64,000 nucleotides of DNA, from NCBI GenBank assembly GCA_049585815.1, contig JBAVAR010000011.1, positions 4,919 through 68,918 on the forward strand. The letters are read 5' to 3'. The position numbers and the translations under genes are program-made. This stretch comes from Solirubrobacterales bacterium. Its GTDB lineage: Bacteria; Actinomycetota; Thermoleophilia; Solirubrobacterales; 70-9. Below, one piece after another: positions 54,685-63,539 of the stretch (the first letter of the stretch is position 1; each line of letters begins with the position of its first letter). A model generated the notes under the pieces. That model ran no database searches, was not told the DNA's origin, and saw only the letters and a list, made by a program, of their open reading frames with translations.

Positions 54685-56006
54685 GCGCCCAGCAGGCTCT
54701 GACCACAGACCCGCACCACGTTGCCGTTGACCCCGGTCGAGGCAGGGCAGGCAAACCAGGCGATCGTCTCGGCGACATCGGCCGCCAGTCCACCTTGAGA
54801 GAGGCTGTTCATCCGCCGGCCTGCTTCGCGAGGCGCGATCGGCATCGCCGCGGTCATCGCCGTCTCGATGAAGCCCGGCGCTACGGCGTTGATCGTCGCT
54901 TCTCGCCCGGCCAGCTCTGGCGCCAGCGCTTCCACCATTCCAATCACACCCGCCTTCGAGGTCGCGTAATTGGTCTGTCCCGGATTGCCCGCGATCCCCG
55001 ACATCGAGGAGACGCAGACAATGCGTCCGTTGGTGGCCAGCAGGCCACCACCAAGCAGTGCATCGTTGATTCGCTCCTCGCTAGAGAGGTTGATTTCCAT
55101 CAGCTCGTTCCAGCGCTCTTCGGGCATCTTGGCGATCGTTCGATCGCGGGTCACTCCTGCGTTGTGAACGACCACGTCGAGCCCGCCGTCGAAATGCTCG
55201 GCGATCCGCTGCGGCGCCTCGGCGGCGGTTATATCGAGCTCGATTGCCTCGCCGCCGATTTCCGCGGCCATGCTGCGCAGCCCCGCGGCAGCCTGCGGCA
55301 GGTCGAGCCCAACAACCTTGGCGCCCTCGCGCGCAAGCGTCACCGCTATCGCCGCGCCGATCCCCCGCGAGGCACCGGTAACCAGCGCCACCTTGCCGTC
55401 CAGGGGACGGTCCCAGTCGATCTCAGGGGTGGGGGAGACACCGATGCCGATCCGCAGCACTTGCCCGGAAACGTAGGCCGAGCGTGGCGAGAGGCCGAAG
55501 CGCAGGGTCGAGCCGAGCTGGTCCTCGGCGCCCGGTGAGACGAGGAGCAGCTGGGCTGTTGCACCCCGACCGCCCACCTCCTTGGCGAGCGAGCGGGTAA
55601 AGCCCTCCAACGCACGTTGGGCGGTTGCCGCACGCGTCGAGCCGGCCTCTGCCGGTGGCGTCCCCAAAACGATCACTCGCCCGTTGCGCTGCAGCCTCCC
55701 GGCCGTCGGGTAGAAAAAGCGCTGCAGCTCGACCAGCTGGGTCGAGTCGACGATCCCGGTTGCATCGAAGAGGAGAGCCTTCGCCGGGCCTTCGGCTCCG
55801 GCCCGTTCGGCTTTGATCTGATCGAGCAGAGCCGCCAGCTCCCTTCCGAGCCGCCCACCCGGTGCGGCGCCCGAGAGAACGCGGCCGGAGATGACCGCAG
55901 CGCCAGGCTCGTGGCGCTCAAGGGTCACCGGCCGCGGCAGTCCGAGCTGGCTGGCGATCGTCGAGATGCCCGGTGCATTGACGACCTGCGAATAGAGGTC
56001 TCTCAT
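54681..56006 (-). CDS. fabG4: High-molecular-weight 3-oxoacyl-(ACP/CoA) reductase, FabG4-type (SDR with N-terminal flavodoxin-like extension)
   Basis: The 441-aa product aligns along its length with my recollection of M. tuberculosis FabG4. Matching blocks: LYSQVVN..G, LLFDATGI, AQRALEGFTRSL.KE, SAYV.GQV, PLDGKVALVTGA.RGIGA.IA, NNAG(I/V)TRD, GQTNYAT(S/T)KAG(V/M)IG, INAVAPGFIET.MTAA(M/I)P, VRVCGQ...GA. Confidence 0.85.
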   Translation of the reverse strand: MRDLYSQVVNAPGISTIASQLGLPRPVTLERHEPGAAVISGRVLSGAAPGGRLGRELAALLDQIKAERAGAEGPAKALLFDATGIVDSTQLVELQRFFYPTAGRLQRNGRVIVLGTPPAEAGSTRAATAQRALEGFTRSLAKEVGGRGATAQLLLVSPGAEDQLGSTLRFGLSPRSAYVSGQVLRIGIGVSPTPEIDWDRPLDGKVALVTGASRGIGAAIAVTLAREGAKVVGLDLPQAAAGLRSMAAEIGGEAIELDITAAEAPQRIAEHFDGGLDVVVHNAGVTRDRTIAKMPEERWNELMEINLSSEERINDALLGGGLLATNGRIVCVSSMSGIAGNPGQTNYATSKAGVIGMVEALAPELAGREATINAVAPGFIETAMTAAMPIAPREAGRRMNSLSQGGLAADVAETIAWFACPASTGVNGNVVRVCGQSLLGA

Positions 56007-57289
56007 CAGGCGGGTCCCTCCAGAATCGCGACAACGCCCTGGCCACCGGCTGCACAGATACTGATCAGGCCGCGGCCGCCGCCGTCGCTGTGCAACTGCT
56101 TGGCGAGGCCGGCGACAATCCGGCCACCGGTTGCGGCGAAGGGATGCCCGGCGGCGAGCGAACCGCCGTTGACGTTGAGCTTGGCCCGGTCGATTGCGCC
56201 CAGGGGGCCATCGATGCCGAGCTTTTCCTCGCAGAACGCGGGGTCCTCCCAGGCTGCCAGGGTGCAGAGAACCTGTGCGGCGAAGGCCTCATGGATCTCG
56301 TAGTAGTCGAAATCGCCGAGTCGGAGCTCCGCTCGGTCGAGCATCGCCGGCATCGCGTAGGCCGGCGCCATCAGCAACCCTTCGCGCTTGTGAACATGGT
56401 CGACGGCGGCGGTCTGGGCCTCAGTGATGTAAGCGAGAACCGGCAGTTCACGGTCGGCCGCCCACCCCTCGGAGGCGAGCAGCACTGCGGCGGCGCCGTC
56501 GCTTAGCGGTGTCGAGTTGGCGGCGGTCATCGTGCCATCCGAGCCACCGAAGACCGGCTTCAGCGCCGCCAACCTCTCGGGGTCAGAATCAGCCCGCAGG
56601 TTCTGATCGCGCTCAAGGCCAAGGTAGGGCGTGAGCAGATCGTCGAGAAAGCCGCGCTCATATGCAGCCGCCAGATTGCGGTGACTGGCGAGCGCGAGCT
56701 GATCCTGTTCGACCCGTCCGATGCCCCACTCGGTCGCCATCAGTGCGCAGTGCTCCCCCATCGAGAGCCCGGTCCGCGGCTCCTCATTGCGGGGGATCGC
56801 CGGCACGATGTGGCTGGGTCGCACCTGCGCCAGGGCCCGCAGCCTCCCGACGGTAGAGCGTTGCCGGTTCGCCTCCAAGAGAGTCTCACGCAGCTGCTCG
56901 TTCAGTGCAATCGGGGCATCGGATGTGGTGTCCACCCCGCAGGCAATCCCAGCGTCGACCTGTCCCAGCGCGATCTTGTTGGCGATCAGGATCGTCGTCT
57001 CCAGTCCGGTGCCGCATGCTTGCTGGACGTCATAGGCGGGCGTCTCCGCGGCAAGCCGTGTGCTGAGGACGCTCTCCCTGGTCAGGTCGCGGTCGCGGGA
57101 GTGCTTGAGGACCGCCCCTCCGGCGACCTCGCCGAGCCGCTCACCCGCAAGCCCGAAGCGGTCGATCAGCCCATCGAGCGCGGCCGTGAGCATGTCCTGG
57201 TTGGTGGCGTGGGCGTAGGCGCTATCAGAGCGCGCGAAGGGAATCCTGTTGGCGCCGATGATGGCTACGCGCCGGGGACTGTCGATCAA
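56006..57289 (-). CDS. Acetyl-CoA C-acyltransferase (thiolase)
   Basis: TTG start, 427 aa. ...VAIIGANRIPFARS...QQACGTGLET (active-site Cys)...ANSTPLSDGAAAVLL...NVNGGSLAAGHPFAATGGR...ICAAGGQGV. Its stop overlaps the fabG4 start as ATGA (56004-56008). Confidence 0.9.
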   Translation of the reverse strand: MIDSPRRVAIIGANRIPFARSDSAYAHATNQDMLTAALDGLIDRFGLAGERLGEVAGGAVLKHSRDRDLTRESVLSTRLAAETPAYDVQQACGTGLETTILIANKIALGQVDAGIACGVDTTSDAPIALNEQLRETLLEANRQRSTVGRLRALAQVRPSHIVPAIPRNEEPRTGLSMGEHCALMATEWGIGRVEQDQLALASHRNLAAAYERGFLDDLLTPYLGLERDQNLRADSDPERLAALKPVFGGSDGTMTAANSTPLSDGAAAVLLASEGWAADRELPVLAYITEAQTAAVDHVHKREGLLMAPAYAMPAMLDRAELRLGDFDYYEIHEAFAAQVLCTLAAWEDPAFCEEKLGIDGPLGAIDRAKLNVNGGSLAAGHPFAATGGRIVAGLAKQLHSDGGGRGLISICAAGGQGVVAILEGPA

Positions 57290-57606
57290 CGCAGAACGCC
57301 TCTCTGGTCAAAAACATTGCAGGTTTCCGTGTAGAGGTTACACGAGCCGAGCGGGCGGCTGAACCCCTCGCCCTTGCGCCCTGCATCGAGGTGCTTGGGA
57401 CGCAGCGCAGGGCTCTGACCGCGGCTCTTTTCGGAGTCCCCGTCCCCAATCCCACTCGACGATGGCCGGATTGGCACGATCAATTTCCCGCTGCACACGG
57501 AGATCAAGCACAGGTTGGGAGCCCTGTGGGAGACCAGTTGATCTAGCCGACGTTCCTCCCTCCCGAGGGGGTCTTTGCTCAATCGGGGAGGACTTCATCC
57601 CCGGCG

Positions 57607-57861
57607 TCAGCGCAGCTCGTCGAGCGAGGCGACCTCGAGGTCGAACGCTTCATCGGCGGAGCGCCGACGTCGATACGGAGAGACGATCACCCGGTGGACC
57701 TCACCGCAGACGCAATGGATTTCGATCGGGCGCGTGTCGGTGGCCGGGTCGGTGTCGACCTTGAGCCGTCGGAGCTTGCCGGTGGGCTTACAGCCGAAGG
57801 AGATCACCCAGCCATAGTCATCGCGATCGGTGCGTTTGTTCCAGTGATTTGAATTGGCCAT
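57607..57861 (-). CDS. Small hypothetical protein (84 aa) with C...CxC..H cluster
   Basis: SD gagagga is upstream of ATG 57861. The product is MANSNHWNKRTDRDDYGWVISFGCKPTGKLRRLKVDTDPATDTRPIEIHCVCGEVHRVIV... I recognise no family. Confidence 0.45.
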   Translation of the reverse strand: MANSNHWNKRTDRDDYGWVISFGCKPTGKLRRLKVDTDPATDTRPIEIHCVCGEVHRVIVSPYRRRRSADEAFDLEVASLDELR

Positions 57862-57992
57862 CTGTACATCCTCTCGGGTTGAGAGTCGCGCCGCAGCCAG
57901 GACGTGGTGTAACCCAGTGGCTGGCGTCGACTGCAGAGTGCCTGCCTGCGATTAGCCGGGGTTGGGTGGGCTGGTTGGCTGCACTGCTCAGA

Positions 57993-58415
57993 TCAGAGCG
58001 GCGTGACGACGACGATCGGGATCAACCTGGAAGTCTGCTTCTGGTAGGCGCTGTAGCGATCCTGGTTGTTCTCGTTGACGAGCTTCCAAAGGCGATCGAA
58101 GTCGGGGTCTGATTGCTCGATCACCCTGGATATCGCCTTGAGGCGCTTGCGAGCGACCTGAACCCCGACTTCCGGGTTGGCCCGGAGGTTGTAGAGCCAA
58201 GCCGGAGGTCGCTCCGCGCCGCCGTTGGAGGCGACCAGGACGTACTCGGCTCCATCGAGCGCATATACGAGGGCATTTGTCCGCGCCAAGCCAGAGCGAC
58301 GCCCGGTGGTGCGAAGCAACAGCGTGGGCACGCCAATCATCCGGTGCCCGATCCGTCCATCGGTTGCCTTGTAGATCCACTCGTGAAGGCGCAGACCCTG
58401 GCCCATCAGGCTCAT
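57993..58415 (-). CDS. Deazaflavin (F420)-dependent nitroreductase family protein (DDN-like), second copy
   Basis: ...IYKATDGRIGHRMIGVPTLLLRTTGRRSGLARTNALVYALDGAEYVLVASNGGAERPPAWLYNLRANPEVGVQV....RLIPIVVVTP. Confidence 0.85.
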   Translation of the reverse strand: MSLMGQGLRLHEWIYKATDGRIGHRMIGVPTLLLRTTGRRSGLARTNALVYALDGAEYVLVASNGGAERPPAWLYNLRANPEVGVQVARKRLKAISRVIEQSDPDFDRLWKLVNENNQDRYSAYQKQTSRLIPIVVVTPL

Positions 58416-58515
58416 CAGGAGGGACCCTACGCGTTTGGGGCCGACCGCACACCGTTTTCATTGGGGCACGAATGGTGGCCCTCGCGCCGGCGCGTTCTAA
58501 TCTCGACAATGTCCC

Positions 58516-59346
58516 ATGAGCAACGAAGCCCAAAGTCTCGAGGAGGCGACCGCACTTTCTGGTGGAGATGGTCGCTACTCGATCCGGTTAAGTGAGGCGT
58601 GGGAGATCTGGGGACCGAGCGGCGGTTACTTGGCGGCGATCGCCCTCCGCGCTGGGGGTCTTGAGTCGCACATTCCGCGCCCGGCGAGCTTTTACTGTCA
58701 CTTCCTCAGCTCTCCGGACTTTGCCGACGTCGACGTTTCGGTCCAAGTCCACAGGCGAGGGCGTCGATCTGAGTCGCTAGCGGTGAACATTACCCAGAGG
58801 GATAAGCCGGTCCTCTTTGCTCTGATCAGGACGGTTGCCGACGCATGGGGTTTTCGACATCAGGAGCCGCAGCGGCCAGATGTGGCGGCGCCCGCTGAGT
58901 CAATCCCCTTCCAGCGAACAAAGGATGGAAAGCCCCTCTTTCGGTTCTGGAACAACGTGAGCTGTCGCCGGCCTCAATTGAGTTCGGGCGAGGAGACGGT
59001 ACGGCCCGTGATCCGGGAGTGGGTGCGCTTCGAGCCGAGGGCGCAATTCGCCGATCCATTTCTCGATGCAGCCCGTCCCCTGATTCTGCTGGATACCTTC
59101 GGTTTTCCGGCCGCTTGGCAGAAGTACCGGAGTGCGGATTACATCGCCCCTAACCTCGACACTTACGTGTGCTTTCACAGCCCCGCTGCCGACAGCGAGT
59201 GGCTCCTGGTTGATCACGAATGTCCGGTGGCCGCCGACGGCCTGCTGGGAGTTGGCGGGCGCGTTTGGGATGTGGCCGGAAACCTGCTCGCCAGCGGCAG
59301 TGCCCAGCTGTGCTGCATCCCGCGCCACCAAAGCGACGGTAATTGA
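58516..59346 (+). CDS. Acyl-CoA thioesterase-II-like (double hot-dog) thioesterase family protein
   Basis: 276 aa. ...WEIWGPSGGYLAAIALRAGG...FYCHFLSSPDF.DVDVSVQVHRRGRRSESLAVNITQ..KPVLFAL...GGRVWDVAGNLLASGSAQLCCIP. Confidence 0.7.
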   Translation: MSNEAQSLEEATALSGGDGRYSIRLSEAWEIWGPSGGYLAAIALRAGGLESHIPRPASFYCHFLSSPDFADVDVSVQVHRRGRRSESLAVNITQRDKPVLFALIRTVADAWGFRHQEPQRPDVAAPAESIPFQRTKDGKPLFRFWNNVSCRRPQLSSGEETVRPVIREWVRFEPRAQFADPFLDAARPLILLDTFGFPAAWQKYRSADYIAPNLDTYVCFHSPAADSEWLLVDHECPVAADGLLGVGGRVWDVAGNLLASGSAQLCCIPRHQSDGN

Positions 59347-59402
59347 GGCTGCGTCGGCCCGCCAACAGCCCATCGCCGCGCGGCTGGGCCCTATGGCAAA
59401 TT

Positions 59403-59828
59403 TCACCGTGCAGGAGCGATCTCCCGGTCGAATTCGGCCACGAGTTCGGCAAGTCCAACCGCGCGGATCTCGGCGCTCTCAGCGACACCGTCGTGGGCGG
59501 AAAGTGCGAAGAGCCTTTCGACAAACACCTGCCAGCGCAGCGCCGGTCGCATCTGGATTCGAAGGTGCGCAGGGCCCCCGCCGACATTGCGGGCGCTGTG
59601 CGGAGTGCCTGGGGGCGCGAGCAGCGTCTCGCCCGGCCCAGTCATTCGTTCCAGTCCGTCGACCCGAAAGCAAACGCTGCCGGCGATCACTTCCCACCTC
59701 TCCTCCATTGCCGGGTGGATGTGTTCAGGGGTCCGATGATCCGCATCAGCCCAGAAGTCGTCCATTTCCAAAAGCTCTCCGCCGGTTTCCTCGCCTGTAC
59801 GAAGAAAGACGATGCGCTCTCCAGTCAT
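59403..59828 (-). CDS. Cupin domain protein
   Basis: From ATG 59828: MTGERIVFLRTGEETGGELLEMDDFW......PEHIHPAMEERWEVIAGSVCFRVDGLERMTGPGETLLAPPGTPHSARNVG. Confidence 0.7.
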   Translation of the reverse strand: MTGERIVFLRTGEETGGELLEMDDFWADADHRTPEHIHPAMEERWEVIAGSVCFRVDGLERMTGPGETLLAPPGTPHSARNVGGGPAHLRIQMRPALRWQVFVERLFALSAHDGVAESAEIRAVGLAELVAEFDREIAPAR

Positions 59829-59865
59829 GGCGTTCTCAATCTCCCTCGGCGGGCGACCCACGCCC

Positions 59866-60624
59866 TCACTCAGCCCCAGATATGACCATGCGCAGTCCCA
59901 CATCCAGCTCGGTCATCTTGCGCAGGTACCCGTAGCGTTTCTCCCACGCTCCGCTATTTAGGTCGGCCGCGAGCCGCTCCCGGCCTGCGCTCCTCGCCTC
60001 CTCCGAGATGCTCTGCCAAACCCACATCGGCCGCACCACCTTCTCCTCGAAGAGCAGCTCGGGGCGCGCCCAAAGGGCCGCGAAGAAGTGGTCGGTGCAA
60101 TCCCGCGGCACCGGCAGCGGAATGCTGTGGGCAGGGGAGAGCCTCCGCGCCAACTCGGTGCTCGTGAGCGAAGACCGTCGCTTTAACCTCAGCATCTCCG
60201 GGAAGTAGTCGCGGGTGATCCAGAGACTGGTCAACGCGCCCGGGTCGAAGGCGACGATCAGGATGCGCCGCCGAGTTACGCGCCGCAGCTCCCTCAGCCC
60301 GGCAGCGGGGTCAGACCAGTGATGGACGGTCAGCACCGCCATTCCCGCGTCGAAGCTGTCGTCGGGGAATGGCAGGTTTTCGGCGCACGCCTGGATCACC
60401 GGAGCGCCGTCGGCGGGTCTTTGAGCGATCATCTCCGCGGAGGGCTCGACCGCCGTGACCTCCCGATCGGGAGGCTCATAGGAGCCGGCTCCCGCTCCCA
60501 CGTTCACGACGGTTCGGGCATTCCCAAGGGCAGCTTCGATGCGGGCGCCGATGCGGGGGTCTGACCTACGCATCTCGCTGTAGCCGCGACCAAGCTGATC
60601 ATATAAAGGAGCCCCGCTCACCAT
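59866..60624 (-). CDS. Class I SAM-dependent methyltransferase
   Basis: ...ARTVVNVGAGAGSYEP (motif I) ...TAVEPS..M......ENLPFPDDSFDAGMAVLTVHHW. Confidence 0.85.
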   Translation of the reverse strand: MVSGAPLYDQLGRGYSEMRRSDPRIGARIEAALGNARTVVNVGAGAGSYEPPDREVTAVEPSAEMIAQRPADGAPVIQACAENLPFPDDSFDAGMAVLTVHHWSDPAAGLRELRRVTRRRILIVAFDPGALTSLWITRDYFPEMLRLKRRSSLTSTELARRLSPAHSIPLPVPRDCTDHFFAALWARPELLFEEKVVRPMWVWQSISEEARSAGRERLAADLNSGAWEKRYGYLRKMTELDVGLRMVISGAE

Positions 60625-60738
60625 TGCCGTCGCTCATCGACATTGCAAGCGGTAGGTGCTGCCCGATGGCCTCCTCCCATCCCGGCCAAGCGTAATCCGC
60701 ACAAGCACGTCCCCGAGCCTGGGCGAGAACGCCAGGGG

Positions 60739-61155
60739 TTAGCTGAGCACCGATACGACAACACTGCGCTCCCTCGGTCTGTCGTCGAAGTCGATCAGGA
60801 CCAGCTGTTGCCAGGTGCCAAGCGCCAGCCGTCGATCAATCACGGGCAGAGTCTCGGAGGCACCCACAAGCGAGGCGCGCTGGTGCGCGTGAGAGTTGGT
60901 GTCATGGTTGAGGCGGTTGTGCTCATACTCGGCCTTCGCCGGGATCAGCCGCTCGAACATCTCGCGCAGATCGTGGACTGCGCCCGGCTCGAACTCCATT
61001 GTCGTGATCGCGGCGGTCGAACCGAGCACGAATACCAGTGCCTGCGCCTTGCCGACCGCAGCCTCCTCGACCGCCCCATTGACCGCTGCGGTGATGTCGA
61101 GGATTTCCGCTTCGCCATTTGTCGAGAAGCGTAGTTCGGCGGTATCTATCGCCAC
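60739..61155 (-). CDS. YjbQ/UPF0047 family protein (secondary thiamine-phosphate synthase-type)
   Basis: ...EILDITAAVNGAV......VFVLGSTAAITTMEFEPG...D........P....YEHN....DTNSHAHQRASLVGASETLPVIDRRLALGTWQQLVLIDFDDRPRER. Confidence 0.85.
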   Translation of the reverse strand: MAIDTAELRFSTNGEAEILDITAAVNGAVEEAAVGKAQALVFVLGSTAAITTMEFEPGAVHDLREMFERLIPAKAEYEHNRLNHDTNSHAHQRASLVGASETLPVIDRRLALGTWQQLVLIDFDDRPRERSVVVSVLS

Positions 61156-61294
61156 AGGCTCAACCTAGCGCAGCCTTTCCGGCGCGAGGGGGAATGGACT
61201 TGAACCGTGCTGTCAAGGCCAGGCGCGCGCACAGATGCGCAGTAGGCTCCAACCACGCGCCGAGTGGGATCGGCCCTAACCGTGAGGAGATCCG

Positions 61295-62878
61295 ATGTAT
61301 GACTACGTAATTGTCGGGGCGGGGTCGGCGGGTTGCGTGCTCGCGGCGCGCCTTTCCGAGGACCCCGAGGTGAGCGTCCTGCTGTTGGAGGCGGGACCAC
61401 CTGACACCAACGAGAACATCCATGTCCCGCTCGGCTACCTGAAACTCGCCCGCACCGAGGTCGACTGGGACTACTGCACAGCGCCAGAGCAAAACTGCGA
61501 CGGCCGCCGTCTCGCCCTCCCCCGCGGCAAAGTACTCGGCGGCTCCTCCTCGATCAACGCGATGATCTACATCCGCGGCAACCGCGCCGACTACGACGGT
61601 TGGGGGACGCCGGGTTGGAGCTGGGAGGACCTCTTTCCTTACTTTCTCAGGGCCGAGGACAATGAGCGCGGGGCTTCTGAGTGGCACGGGGTCGGGGGAC
61701 CGCTGCCGGTTTCCGATCAGCGTTCGGGCAACGTCATTACTCCGGCCTTCGTCGACGCCGGTGCCGAAGCCGGATTGGCCCGCAACGAGGACTTCAATGG
61801 CGCCCAGCAGGACGGGGTGGGGATGTACCAGGTGACGCAGAGGGGTGGGATGCGCGCCAGCGCCGCAGTTGCCTATCTGCACCCGGCGATGATGCGACCG
61901 AACCTGAGCGTGATGCCCTACATGCAGGTCAATCGCCTGATCTTCGAGAACGAGCGTGCGGTCGGGGTCGAGGCCACTCATCTCGGCAAGAGCGAGGAGT
62001 TTCGCGCCGAGCGGGAGGTGGTTCTCTGCGGCGGTACCTTCAATTCACCGCAGCTGTTGATGCTGTCGGGAGTGGGACCGGCCGAGCACCTTGCGATGCG
62101 CGAGATTGAGGTCCGCCTCGATAACCCCGCGGTGGGCGAGAACCTCAGCGATCATGCCGCCAGCTACTGCGTCTGGACGACCCCCGAGCCCGAGAGCTTG
62201 TTGCTGGCCCTGGAGCCGGCGGCGTTGGAGGAGTTCACGGCCGCCCAAACGGGTCCATTTGCCTCCAACCTGGCTGAGTCGGGCGGTTTCGCCCGAGTCG
62301 ACCCAGGAGCGGTGGCGCCTGATACGCAGTTTCACGTGGCCCCCGTCCACATCGTTGATGAGGGAATGGGTGATCCCCAGGCGCACGGGGTATGGATCTC
62401 TCCCTGCCTGCTGACCCCCCGCAGCCGCGGCTCGGTGAAGCTTGCATCCAAAGATCCGACGGCAAAGCCGATCGTCCGCAACGATTTCTACACGGCCGAG
62501 GAGGACATGCCGCGGATGATCGCCGGCATCGAGCTGATGCTGGAGATATGCGGCCAGCCGGCGTTGCGCCCCTACTGCGTCGAGCCATTCACGGCGCCGG
62601 CCGGCGACTCCGAGGAGGCGCTCCGGGCCCACGTCGCCCGCACCACCTTCCCGATTTATCACCCGGTCGGCACCTGTGCGATCGGCACCGTTGTCGACGC
62701 CGACCTCCGCGTGCTTGGACTCGACGGCATCCGCGTCGTTGATGCCTCGGTGATGCCAATGGTTCCGCGTGGCAACACCAACGCGCCGACGATAGCCGTC
62801 GTCGAGCGCGCCGCCGATCTGATCAGGGGAGTGACCCCGCTGAGGGCAGCTGCGGCGCCGTCGGGTGCCGGCGTCTAG
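61295..62878 (+). CDS. GMC family oxidoreductase (choline-dehydrogenase-like)
   Basis: MYDYVIVGAGSAGCVLAARLSEDPEVSVLLLEAGP...GKVLGGSSSINAMIYIRG...HPVGTCAIG....VVD..LRV.G..G.RVVDASVMP. Confidence 0.9.
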   Translation: MYDYVIVGAGSAGCVLAARLSEDPEVSVLLLEAGPPDTNENIHVPLGYLKLARTEVDWDYCTAPEQNCDGRRLALPRGKVLGGSSSINAMIYIRGNRADYDGWGTPGWSWEDLFPYFLRAEDNERGASEWHGVGGPLPVSDQRSGNVITPAFVDAGAEAGLARNEDFNGAQQDGVGMYQVTQRGGMRASAAVAYLHPAMMRPNLSVMPYMQVNRLIFENERAVGVEATHLGKSEEFRAEREVVLCGGTFNSPQLLMLSGVGPAEHLAMREIEVRLDNPAVGENLSDHAASYCVWTTPEPESLLLALEPAALEEFTAAQTGPFASNLAESGGFARVDPGAVAPDTQFHVAPVHIVDEGMGDPQAHGVWISPCLLTPRSRGSVKLASKDPTAKPIVRNDFYTAEEDMPRMIAGIELMLEICGQPALRPYCVEPFTAPAGDSEEALRAHVARTTFPIYHPVGTCAIGTVVDADLRVLGLDGIRVVDASVMPMVPRGNTNAPTIAVVERAADLIRGVTPLRAAAAPSGAGV

Positions 62879-63101
62879 AACCGGCCTCGTCCGGGACCTT
62901 GCTTAGAGCGCGCCTGCATCCCAAACGGCTCGATTCCACAGACAATTTGAGCCCACGGTGAGCTCGGCAGACGGGCGGTCGCTCCAACCACGACGCGACC
63001 ACTTACAAAACCACCCCCAGATCAGCGCAGCTGATCGCATCATGATGCTCCGAACCCGTCCTTGCCGGACGCGGTGCCGGATTGACGGGCGTGCGGTGCG
63101 C

Positions 63102-63491
63102 TTACTCGGCCTCAGCAGGCCAGCGGTCGGGGACCCGGACGCCGTCGCCGTCCTCTGGCTTTTTGCCTCCCACAGCGATCAGCACCAGTCCCTCGGGCCC
63201 AGCGTCAAAACCCCGCACAACGGGCGGTGCGACGCGGACGACGTCCCACTGGCGCAACTCAACTCTGTCGTCGTCGAGCTTGATCCATCCGGAGCCGCCG
63301 ACGACAACGTATGCCTCCTCCTGGGATTCATGGCGATGGCCATCGGCGGAGCGGTGCTCGGGCGGGTAGTGGAAGTAGCTGATCCCCAGTTCCCTTGAGT
63401 CGAGGTGCTTTCGGCCGAAGCGAGCCTCGACCGCCCTGCCCTGGGCTGAGTCCTCGACCTCCATCAGGTTCTTGATCGCGTATTCAGACAT
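63102..63491 (-). CDS. Cupin domain protein (paralogue of 20389..20790)
   Basis: ...LGISYFHYPPEHRSADGHRHESQEEAYVVVGGSGWIKLDDDRVELRQWDVVRVAPPVVRGFDAGPEGLVLIAVG. Confidence 0.8.
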   Translation of the reverse strand: MSEYAIKNLMEVEDSAQGRAVEARFGRKHLDSRELGISYFHYPPEHRSADGHRHESQEEAYVVVGGSGWIKLDDDRVELRQWDVVRVAPPVVRGFDAGPEGLVLIAVGGKKPEDGDGVRVPDRWPAEAE

Positions 63492-63539
63492 GCATCAAGT
63501 CTAGGGTGAGCGCCGGGGCGGCCCAGTGTTGGCGAAAAG

